The notes beneath the pieces were generated by a model. It worked only from the letters and a program-made list of their open reading frames with translations, was not told the origin of the DNA and searched no databases. From Eledone cirrhosa (lineage: Eukaryota), in NCBI GenBank assembly GCA_964016885.1, contig CAXHJY010001337.1, positions 1 through 46,513 on the forward strand: a stretch of 46,513 bases of DNA, read 5' to 3'. A program made the position numbers and the translations under genes. Below are positions 22,468 through 32,214 of the stretch, piece after piece. Each line of letters begins with the position of its first letter. The stretch's first letter is position 1.

Positions 22468-22533
22468 CACCAGGAGATTGTTTCGCCATTTAAGTGGGTT
22501 CCAATTCGGCCCTGTGGGTCATCAGCATGTGGA
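22468..22533 (-). ncRNA. Degenerate hammerhead ribozyme motif abutting a fold-back
   Basis: Minus strand: cacatg-CTGATGA-cCCA..TGGc-GAAA-caatc-TC-ctggtg; several stem mismatches. Confidence 0.45.
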
Positions 22534-22806
22534 GAGACCGATATTGTCCGCAGTACTAGAAAGAGAGAACTATAGTAAACTACCTGTAGCATGTGTAAAT
22601 AATATTTACACGTGCTACAGGTGGTTTACTATCTCTAGTAGTGCAGACAATATCGGTCTCTCCACAAAAATACAATAATATGTATAAAGTAATGTAAATG
22701 TTTTATGAGGTAAAGCCTTTACTGTGAAAATACAATAGTATATATAGAGTAATATAAATGGTTAACTCATTAATTTATTTATTTTATTGTTTTTCTTTCC
22801 CTCTAG

Positions 22807-22920
22807 CATCTTTGGATCAGTTGCTGACCTAAGACAATGAAGTTTAATAATTTGGTGTGGAAAGGCATGCATGGTAGCAGTCAACACATAGAAGAATTTA
22901 TTAAGGACTGTCCAAATAAA
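22807..22920 (+). pseudogene. Decayed exon of an ankyrin-repeat gene (MIB2-like), exon A
   Basis: Strong acceptor (ttttctttccctctag) and donor (AAA|gtgagt). The 3' part reads NNLVWKGMHGSSQHIEEFIKDCPNK, resembling the segment just before the MIB2 ankyrin repeats. Stops/frameshift in the 5' part. Confidence 0.5.
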
Positions 22921-23059
22921 GTGAGTTGACAAATACTATCAGTTACTCTCGGGTCTCAAATAATGAGGGGGTGGACATTTGCTTAACCCTTTAACATTTA
23001 AACTGGCCAAATCCAGCCATAAATCTTGCTTGCATTAATTTCAACTCTTCTAATTTCAA

Positions 23060-23245
23060 CGGTGAATTGGCAGTATCGGTAGAGGGTCGGACGCCATGCT
23101 TTCCAGCATAGTTACGTCCCTTTACGATCTGAGTTCAAATCCCGCCGAGGTTGACTTTGCCTTTCATTCTTACGGGGTCGATAAAATAAAGTACCAGTAA
23201 TGCACTGGGTGATTGCTGGCCTTGTGCCTAAAGTAGAAACAATTA
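23060..23245 (+). mobile_element. SINE family A, full length with TSD
   Basis: A and B boxes and Meta-like body, flanked by TAATTTCAAC direct repeats. Confidence 0.9.
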
Positions 23246-23524
23246 ATTTCAACTCTTCTTATTAATAACTACATTGTTTCTTTCCAAGGAATGTTGAAAA
23301 ATAATCCTTATTGATTTTTCAGCTGACCCTTGTATGGTTCAGTTAATTTTGAAAAGAATCAAATATTGAAGGAATTTAATAAAATAATTTTTTCATTAGT
23401 ATACTATATAGATCATTAAATATTTTTAACATAAGTGAGCTCTCCTACCATTTTTAAAAGTTCTACCATTTTTAACTAAAGTTCTCCTACAATCTAATTG
23501 TTTTTAATGTCTTGAATTTTCCAG

Positions 23525-23729
23525 ATGAATCAAGATGCCAGTGGTGGAATCCCTCTTCACATGGTTTATGAGAGAGATTTCTCTGACATAATAGAGCTGT
23601 TACTTCAGTCTAAACCTGATACTAACTGGTAGATAAGTACACAACACCCCCACCTCTACATCTGGCTAGTCGCTGTAAAGACAGTAGGCTGGCTGAGGTG
23701 TGGGTCAACTGCAATGTTAACATATTGTA
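23525..23729 (+). pseudogene. Decayed ankyrin-repeat exon (MIB2-like), exon B
   Basis: Acceptor ttgaattttccag| then MNQDASGGIPLHMVYERDFSDIIELLLQSKPDTN, a 1-nt frameshift, then LVDKYTTPPPLHLASRCKDSRLAEVWVNCNVNI. These are two ankyrin-consensus repeats, joining exon A in phase 0. Confidence 0.65.
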
Positions 23730-24162
23730 AACTGGGACAGTCATAGCACAATGTAGAGCATAAGAACGTATGTGATACGAAATACAGAGCCCTGGTCTAC
23801 CACAGTACTCAGTAGATCATGAGAACATATGTCGTACACAACACCTCATAGGCTAATAAGGCTATATGGTGTCGTCAATGTTATGGCAAAGCTTCTATTT
23901 CAGTTCTAGACTTCTTGCAGCATTCCAAACCTACTTCGTTTATATATAGGAAACAATGTTGTCTCTGATTGAGATGAAGCAAGAGTGTGTTTGAATACAT
24001 TCATTTATATATATGTTCATTCATTCATTTATATTTTGTGGTTCACCGATGGCGAGAACTGGTCATTCTGTTTAGTTAACCATGATGTAATAGTAGGGAA
24101 AGCACTCTACATTATGCAACTCGTCCATCGTTGATGTAGAATCCCATGGCTGGTGCAGGAAC

Positions 24163-24510
24163 ATCATCATCATCATCATCATCATTTTACGTCCGCTTTT
24201 TCCCTGCTTGCAAGGGTGGGACGGGAACTGATTCTGGCATGATTTCTACAGCTGGATGCCCTTCCTAACACCAACCCCATTTACAGTGAGTGCTGGGTGC
24301 TTTTTTGTCGTGGCACCTCCACGACCACTTTGCAGTGGAATGATAAGGACCCCAGTCCCTATCATCTCATTTCTACAGCTGAGTAAACTGGAGCAATGTG
24401 AAATAAAGTGTCTTGCTCAAGGAAACAACACATCACCTGGTCTGAGAATTGAACTCACAACCTTTGGATTGCAAGGCCAATGCTCTAACCACTAAGCCAT
24501 GTGCCTTCAT
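24163..24510 (-). mobile_element. SINE family B, full length, with RTE-derived tail
   Basis: tRNA-like head at 24510-24440, CORE-like TCCTTGAGCAAGACACTT, tail nearly identical to the RTE 3'UTR at 3478-3633, (GAT)n end. Confidence 0.9.
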
Positions 24511-24679
24511 AAGCTCCTGAACGGAGTTAAATATTAGTTTGATTAAAATAACGGGAGGCCAGACTGGTAATATTCCTTTAAAGTTTTATTGTTGCAATAA
24601 ACACTATATATATATATATAAGGAAACAACACATCACCCAGTCTGAGAATTGAACTCACAACCTTTTGATTGCAAGGCC

Positions 24680-24995
24680 AGTGGTTAGAGCATTGGCCTT
24701 GCAATCGAAAGGTTGTGAGTTCAATTCTCGGACCAGGTGATGTGTTGTTTCCTTGAGCAAGACACTTTATTTCACATTGCTCCAGTTTACTCAGCTGTAG
24801 AAATGAGATGATAGGGACTGGGGTCCATATCATTCCACTGCAAAGTGGTCGTGGAGGTGCCACGGCAAACAAGCACCCAGCACTCACTGTAAATGAGGTT
24901 GGTGTTAGGAAGGGCATCCAGCTGTAGAAATCATGCCAGTATCAGTTTCCGTCCCACCCTTGCAAGCAGGGAAAAGTGGACATAAAATGAAATGA
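24680..24995 (+). mobile_element. SINE family B copy with a 5' inverted segment (24621-24679)
   Basis: Inverted homolog of 24185-24492; 24621-24679 is the reverse complement of ~24694-24753. Confidence 0.88.
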
Positions 24996-25190
24996 ATGTG
25001 ATGTGTCATTGTGTCCAAAGGAGTAAATCCCTGATGAGTCCTTTACTGTCTACCAATGTCCTGTACTACACCATGACATATACATATATATATATGTCAC
25101 TTACTTAGTTCTTCATTCTGAATATCTCCTGGAATTGGCATCCAGCTAAATAAAAACTGTAACAGTTTAAATCTTTTGCAGACTCATTAA

Positions 25191-25600
25191 CCCTTTACCA
25201 TTTACATTATAATATAATTGTCTCTACTTTAGGCACAAGGCCAGCAAATACCCAGTGCATTACTGGTACTTTATTTTATCGACGCCATAAGGATGAAAGG
25301 CAAAGTCAACCTCGGCGCGATTTGAACTCAGATCGTAAAGGGACGTAGCTATGCTGGAAAGCATGGCGTCCGACCCTCTACTGATACTGCCAATCCACCG
25401 CCCTTTATAATATAATAGCATTATATATGCTATATTTTCACGATAAAGGCTTTACTTCACATAATATCGAATGAGATTTTGATATTATTTATTTTGAGAA
25501 CAATACCTTAACATCAGTATAAGCGGCCAGTTATAGCTGATATCAACAGAAAGAGGTGAGAGAATTCTGGCCAGATTCAGACGGTTTAAATGCTAAAGGG
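25191..25600. mobile_element. piggyBac-like MITE with nested SINE A (25219-25404, minus strand)
   Basis: TTAA|CCCTTTACCATTT...AAATGCTAAAGGG|TTAA. The SINE is flanked by a 12-bp TSD TTATAATATAAT (25207-25218, 25405-25416). Confidence 0.88.
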
Positions 25601-26734
25601 TTAAACTATTGCCCAAAACAGAGTTAATTTGTTAAGTCTTCTACAGAATCATTAAACAATTATCTAAAACAAACCAGTTAATTTGTGTTTTTATTTTTAT
25701 TCTGAACTATTTCTACTTTCGTTTTCAATTAATCAAATGTTTTATTGTTTAAATAGTTAATTAATTGTTGGAGTTGTTAGAGTACCAGAAAGAAGTTTGT
25801 GGTGTTTGTCTCAATTCTGCCTGTTTTACTTTCCATCCTTTCTATGAATGGAACCATACCTCTTCCAGTTGGAGAATCATGGTGACATATGTTCTTGGGC
25901 ATTTTTTAAACCTGGAGAAGCCCATCTCCTCTCCAGACCGAATTCTTCCAGAGAAAGGAAGGGAGTGGGACAGAGAGGAAGAATCGACCCCAGTATTAAA
26001 CTGGTACTTTTATTTTTATCGACCTCAAAAGGATAAAGAGCAGAGTTGACCTCTGCAGGATTTTAACTCAGATAGCCGGAATGAATACCACAATGTACCT
26101 TCCATTCTTTAGATATTGATTAAAGTACCAGTCATGTGGTAGGGGATGTGTGGATTTGGTACAGGGTCGGATGGGATGCTCTGTTGCAGTTGTTTTGGCT
26201 TTGTATGTTCTGAATTTAAATATTGTCACTTCTACCAGGAATCTTGAACAAGAAATATGACAAATGGAAATATACTTTCCATAAAAGGGTGAAAGCAGCA
26301 ATTCTTTGCTTAAACTTTAATCTGTACATATTTGCTCTACATGGCTGAATACAATAAATGTAATCTGAGTTTTTCAAATATTAATAACATTTGATTCGTT
26401 TGCAATTATGCAAACAAGCCTCAATTTTATAGCCATGTCAGTAGAATGAACATTTCATTCTTGCTCTTATGTTGGCATGTGAACAGAACTGAATACCAAC
26501 ATAAGAGCAAGAACGGAGTGTTCATTCTACGGACATGGCTATAAAATTGAGGCTTGTTTGCATAATTGCAAACGAATCGAATGTTATTAATATTTGAAAA
26601 ACTGATTACATTTATTTTAAATAAATATATATATATATAATCCTTATCGAGCCCTCTACGGAATGTAGTCTTCACATTTATTATTACTATATGTATATTG
26701 GTATATATATATGTGTGTGTGTGTGTGTATTTGG

Positions 26735-27040
26735 AAAGTAAGCTCCAACTTAGATGGTAGGTAATATTGTCTTGGGGGTCCCAAATATGGCCAAAAAGTG
26801 CTGTCGTGTGTCGTCTGGCCAGGTTTCTAAATGAATGTTGGTATTAATGAGTCTTAAACTCACAGTCGCTTAATCCGATGTAGGCCTTGTTGGAGTGTTC
26901 CATCCTCATATTGCACTGGTAGACCCTGTTTTGTTCGTGGCATCTGTTGTTGAGGGGACGCAATGATCTATCCAGACAGTTGCAACTCCTAATTTGCTCA
27001 CTGCTAATATTGTTTCTTCTAGAGAGGAGTTTTATATTTG
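26735..27040 (-). mobile_element. Penelope-like element fragment, GIY-YIG endonuclease remnant
   Basis: RSCNCLDRSLRPLNNRCHEQNRVYQC..KAYIGLSDCEFKTH*YQHSFRN..TALFGHIW, matching the PLE CNC..CPL..C / VY / YIG pattern. Confidence 0.8.
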
Positions 27041-27074
27041 TATATTTATATGCTGATCTTGGGTACACAAGAGA

Positions 27075-27640
27075 TGTAGTAGGATAGCAGGAAAACTACA
27101 TATGCAGCAGATGTTCCAAATGTAGGTAGGATCTATAGAGGTGGTTGATAGCTTCCGATACCTAGGTGATCAGATTAGCAAGGGAAGAGGATGCTCTGAG
27201 GCCATAGTATCTAGAATAAGGACAGGATGGAAGAAGTTTAGGGAGCTGCTGCTTCTGTTGACAATGAAAGGACGGTTATATGATGCCTGTGTAATGTTGC
27301 ATAGTACTGAGACATGGGCAGCAGCTGCGGAGGATATGCGACGGCTGGTGAGAAATGAAGCAAGCCTGTTCTGATGGATGTGCATGAACGACCAAACATA
27401 GGCGTGTTGAGAATGAAACTGTATAAGAGGAATAAACTGTAGTGTGCGGGAGAGAAGACTACATTGGTTTCGCCATGTGATGCGTATTGATGATGACTGC
27501 TGGGGTGAAGAAATACCAAGTAATTCCAGTTGAAGGAAGACGTAGGTTTTCGGCCCTTAACTTCTATCATATATAAATATATAACTATGTCTAACCCATG
27601 CTAGCGTGGAAGATGGACGTTAAATGATGATGATGATGAT
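27075..27640 (+). mobile_element. Old RTE LINE 3' fragment
   Basis: VDSFRYLGDQISKGRGCSEAIVSRIRTGWKKFRELL.. with deletions and stops; (GAT)n tail at 27625-27640. Confidence 0.9.
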
Positions 27641-29284
27641 ATCTGTTAGACACGCAGTGACTAACAACAGAGTGTTTTAAGTCTGCGTGTCTGACATATG
27701 CGTAGCTTGTGAATAAAAAATTCAAGGGGTGTCGCTGGCCGTGGTGATGATCGCTGCCAAACATGTTTTGTAATGTATCGTCTTATTGGCTAATCAACCA
27801 ACGAGAGTAATTGTTGCTCAAAAGCATCCGCCATTTTGTTTGCACGTTTATCTATCGTTTACTTTTCGAATCTTCCTCCAGTATTTCGTCGTTTAACATC
27901 AAAATATTTTTCTCGTTTTGGTAAGTTATATTAATTTATATATGATTTTATAAATTTATATTAACTATTTTTTTTTTCAGTTCGTTATAACATGCTTATA
28001 ATATTGGTTGTATCATATTTACTTGTATATTTGTCCATATTGTTCGTTTTATGTTAGATTATTTTATTATTATGTTAAATTTTTTTTTTATTATTATGTT
28101 AGACTATTTGTATGTAATATTTAATTTTTATTAATTCAACTATAACAATTATTATGTAAAATATATTTATTTAATATTGATTGTTTTTTGTAGTTGTTTA
28201 TATTAAAAGTCTGAAAATATTTTTATACATCTTACAATAATATTTATAAGATCATTTATAAAATAACAATTATATAATCTAATTACATTACAACGATAAT
28301 TTATTATTAATATATATCATGTTTAACTAGAGTTATTACAAGCGTTGCCTTAAAAAATATTAAACTAGACTCTGTGGCATCCTTTTATAAAAAAAAAAAG
28401 AGACTCATAACGAATTCAAGACGACACGATAATTATTTAAGTGAATTTATAATATAGAATTCAGTTTAAGTGCATTTCGTATTAATCATTACTAAACATC
28501 TAATATGAGATATTGAACATTAGCTTAAATAATTATCGTGTCGTCTTGAGTTCGTTATGAGTCTCTTTTTTATAAAAGGATGCCACAGAGTGTACGATAG
28601 ATAATGATTACAATATTTTTGAGCAACAACTCTAGTCCCACACTTTTGAAGGTTTATTATAATATTCTGTGGCTCTTTTGAGCTTGCGCATTTTTCAGGT
28701 CTAGTATATATATATATGTGTGTGTATATCTATATATGTGTGAGTGTGTATATATATATATGTGTGTGAGTGTGTATATATATATATAAATTCAGCGAGA
28801 ATTGTATTTCGGCTGGTAGAAAAAGCGAAACGAAACGCAAAATCGTAGGCATGCTAGCAAGCGCTCCAATAGTTAAGAAAACTAGAGCTAAACAATGTTA
28901 AAACGCCATACAAACTGAAAAAGTGGACAAGAAGGCATTAACCACCTAAGCCAAAAAACAAATCAAGCTAAACAGGTCAAACAAAATAAATGATAAAAAC
29001 GATAAATATATGTATATTAACTTAGTTCATATCAAACAAAATTTTACTTGTTATAGTTGATATGGAATACATTTTATATATATATATATAATGTATTCCA
29101 TATCAACTATAACAAATAAAATTTTGTTATACTTTGGGAGGGTCATGTTGCCAATATTTTGTTTAATATGAACTAAGTTAATACGCAAATAAAAATGTTC
29201 AATGCGAAAATACGAAAACGTGGCTGAGAATGTGTGGCTAACTTTGTAAGTTAAGAAACCCGGGAAATTTGACGTTCACGTAAT

Positions 29285-29622
29285 TGTAGCGAAAGTACTG
29301 GGTTGTATGAATGTAACAAGGAATACATTGATTATGTGTATAATATTTAATTAACAATGGTAGATAGTATAGTTGTCATGTCAAAGAAATAGATGATAGA
29401 ATGAAACAAAGTTAGTCGTTACCGTTTTGATTGCCAGGCAAACGCGGCTGGCTAAGGCCAGGCGCTGGAAGGCAAATGAGAGGCTCTTGGCCTGGTGCCG
29501 AAAGGGCAATGAGAGAGTGAGAACTTAAAGTTGTTAGTTTTATAGGGTTCTGACCGGAAGTAACAGAAAGGGTTCTACTTCCCGTCTAGATGTTAATCCA
29601 AACAAGGGAGACAACCGCTACA
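29285..29622 (-). mobile_element. Solo LTR (338 bp), probably Gypsy-type
   Basis: Termini TGTAGCG...CGCTACA (7-bp inverted repeat) and a 4-bp TSD TAAT. On the minus strand TATAAAA (29544-29538) precedes ATTAAA (29351-29346). Confidence 0.8.
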
Positions 29623-29954
29623 TAATTATTACAAAACTAAACTTTGTTCTATATTATATTATTTCAACGTCCATAAGTAATTTATCTAAACAATATTATT
29701 TTCAAATAATATATAAATATTTATAGAGAGAGAAATTAATTATAGAAATAATTGTTTCTACTTTTGTGCATTACTGGTACTTTATTTTATCGACAATGTA
29801 AGGATGAAAGGCAAAGTTAACCTCGGCAGACACTCGGCTTTAATTACACTGTAGCAGAAAATATTGGTGTTTCCTTCTAAATATTTTTAATGGTAAGCTA
29901 AAACATTCACGACATTGTCACAGGTAATAGTGAAGCTAAGGTCCTTTAATATTT

Positions 29955-30228
29955 ACGTATATCTATTAGTTTTGTGTAATTTTTTAGTATATCTATTAGT
30001 ATTGTGTATTTTTTTACTACATGTATTAGTATTGTGTATTTTTTTACTACATGTATTAGTATTGTGTATTTTTTACTACATGTATTAGTATTGTGTATTT
30101 TTTTTACTACATGTATTTGTATTGTGTAATTTTTTTACTACATATATTAGTATTGTATAATATTTTAGTATATTTATTAGTATTGTGTAATATTTTATTA
30201 CATTTATTAGTATTGTGTAATATTTTAG
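29955..30228. repeat. Minisatellite of about 30 bp, about 9 copies
   Basis: (TATTAGTATTGTGTA[AT]TTTTTTACTACATG)n with gradual divergence. Confidence 0.9.
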
Positions 30229-30761
30229 TCAAACGAACCACCAACGACGATAGAACTTTCTTGTCAGCCACCCCAGCTGCCACGAACTTCTGGAATACAA
30301 TTGTTAGTTCATGTAATTTATTTTTACCCTTGTTTTTATATGGTGGTATTAGTCTAGGGTCTTTGATAACCTTTATTTAATATTTTCTTTATTTATAGTG
30401 TGTTTGTGAGATGTTGCGGGTGTAATATTATTTTTGTGATAGAAATTCATTTCTCGGTCTTATTTCCCTTCTATCACTGTCACCCCCCCCCCTCCATAGA
30501 GCAGAGAGGTTTGATCTGTTGGGACAAGGACCAACAATCTATCTAGCGTTTGTGACATGAAAGTGCACCTGGTACGCCCTTTAAGTTTTAGGGGGTATAC
30601 GTCCCATCGTATCTCCTAGAGTACGAACGGAGCAGTTTTAGAGCCGTGCGATTTCCTACAGCAAGCTAAACCTTGGTCAATGCCTATACATCCCATAGGA
30701 TCTCCTTGGGCCAGCTAAACCCTGATCACTAGAGGCTGAGAGGGTGAAAGAAACAGTTTAA

Positions 30762-30940
30762 CCCTTGAGTATTCACATTACTCTATATATATTTTCATGG
30801 TAAAGTCGCATAATTATCTCACATAATATCGAATCTGAGATTTTAAAAGTATTTTGAGAACAATACCTTAACATCAGTTGGAGCGACCAGTTTCAACAGA
30901 AAGAGGTAGAGAATTCTGGCCGGTTTGAACATTAAAGGGT
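30762..30940. mobile_element. Diverged piggyBac-like MITE
   Basis: TTAA|CCCTTGAGTATT..AACATTAAAGGG; the interior matches 25420-25600. Confidence 0.7.
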
Positions 30941-31213
30941 GAAGTGTTTTATACTTCAACTAAGCCGTGTTCAGTATAAGCTTAGAGGGCGAAAGAAACA
31001 CGTCATTAGTTTAGCTGGACTGTCGTCTATACGTCACAGGATCTCCTATGGCAAGATAAACACTGGTCAATGCTAGGCGAGACGTCCTACGGCCAAATAA
31101 ACCCTGGTCAGTAGCAGGTGAGAGGGCGAAAGAAACACGTAATTAATGTAGCTGGACTGTCTTCTATACGGAGGAAAGGGATTTTTCATTGAAAAAAAAA
31201 ATCTATAAACGAA

Positions 31214-31975
31214 ATGAATGGAAATAATTCGTTCGGAATACAGATTTTCATCAGAAAATTGTTAGTTTCTAATGAATATAATTTCATAAAGAAAGAAACG
31301 AGATTCAGAGATCGAATCCCTCATCATCACAATACCACCAATTTTCTTGTAAAAATATATCTAATCCGAATACTATTTCGTTTATATTTTTTTCTTCGAA
31401 GTGGGGCGCGAACTGCGTCTCGGACTCCCAGTCTATGTGACTGCCATTCGATTAATGGTGGCGTCCCAGACCACCTTGAAAAGAATGTGAATTATCTCCC
31501 CTTGATTTTAAGAATTTGGATTCTTCAAATACACCTATACACAGATTTATTTCGACATTTTCAAAAACACTTAGTTTCTTTTTTCGACTTTTCATCTATA
31601 TTCTTAGTTATAGACACTCCATTTACATTCTTAGTTTCTTTTTTAGACACTTCATTCACCTCCTTAGTTTCTATTTACACGTTTTCATATACTGTTCAAG
31701 GAAGACAGCTCTTTAGCTTTTCTTTGCAAGAGTTACCTCACTTTAAATGCATTATAATGTGGGAGTTATCTACCGTTACAATATGTATTTATCATAGATC
31801 TCATAGAAAGAAATTATCTCGTGTTTTAAGCATTTCGACAGATTCCCTTGTCGGTGCTCTTGCCGCGGATGTATATGATAAAATGACAAGTCAGTCATAT
31901 GTATTATTATGTAGGTTTGTAGAAAATAGTCTTGCTCAGTTTAAAGACTTCTTCCGGGGAGAAGTAATTGATTAG
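31214..31975 (+). CDS. Unassigned 253-codon ORF
   Basis: Stop-free for 253 codons in AT-rich, non-microsatellite DNA; no domain recognised. Confidence 0.25.
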   Translation: MNGNNSFGIQIFIRKLLVSNEYNFIKKETRFRDRIPHHHNTTNFLVKIYLIRILFRLYFFLRSGARTASRTPSLCDCHSINGGVPDHLEKNVNYLPLILRIWILQIHLYTDLFRHFQKHLVSFFDFSSIFLVIDTPFTFLVSFLDTSFTSLVSIYTFSYTVQGRQLFSFSLQELPHFKCIIMWELSTVTICIYHRSHRKKLSRVLSISTDSLVGALAADVYDKMTSQSYVLLCRFVENSLAQFKDFFRGEVID

Positions 31976-32214
31976 GAGCCATTTATGAGGCTAAAATCTA
32001 ACTATTTTTCACTGTCAAAACAGTATATAATATGTAAAGATATAAATATTCATGAGACAAAATAAACTGAACACAATTCTTATATAATATGTAAACTTTT
32101 TTTATTAACAGACACTTCGTCAGGAAACTTCTCAGCTGTTGACCGAGAAGGACATCTGTAATGAAAATGGAATAAGAAAAACTATGAAAGTCATATACGA
32201 TGTCAATAACAAAA

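Noticed and set aside
24440-24510. tRNA genes in SINE heads
   Set aside because: A and B boxes are present but there is no acceptor stem, and the sequence runs into SINE bodies.
25028-25050. CTGATGAGTCC hammerhead-like start; similar partial cores at 925, 6573, 19625, 31249, 32118, 44037 and 44361
   Set aside because: No properly placed GAAA with a closing stem II and stem I.
29955-30228. Regular ~30-bp repeats (also 2752-2838) as a CRISPR-like array
   Set aside because: Units are contiguous with no unique spacers, the context is eukaryotic, and there are no cas genes.
31440-31975. Minus-strand frame with many TGA codons as an alternative-genetic-code gene
   Set aside because: TAA stops also interrupt the frame and no mitochondrial or other homology is recognisable.
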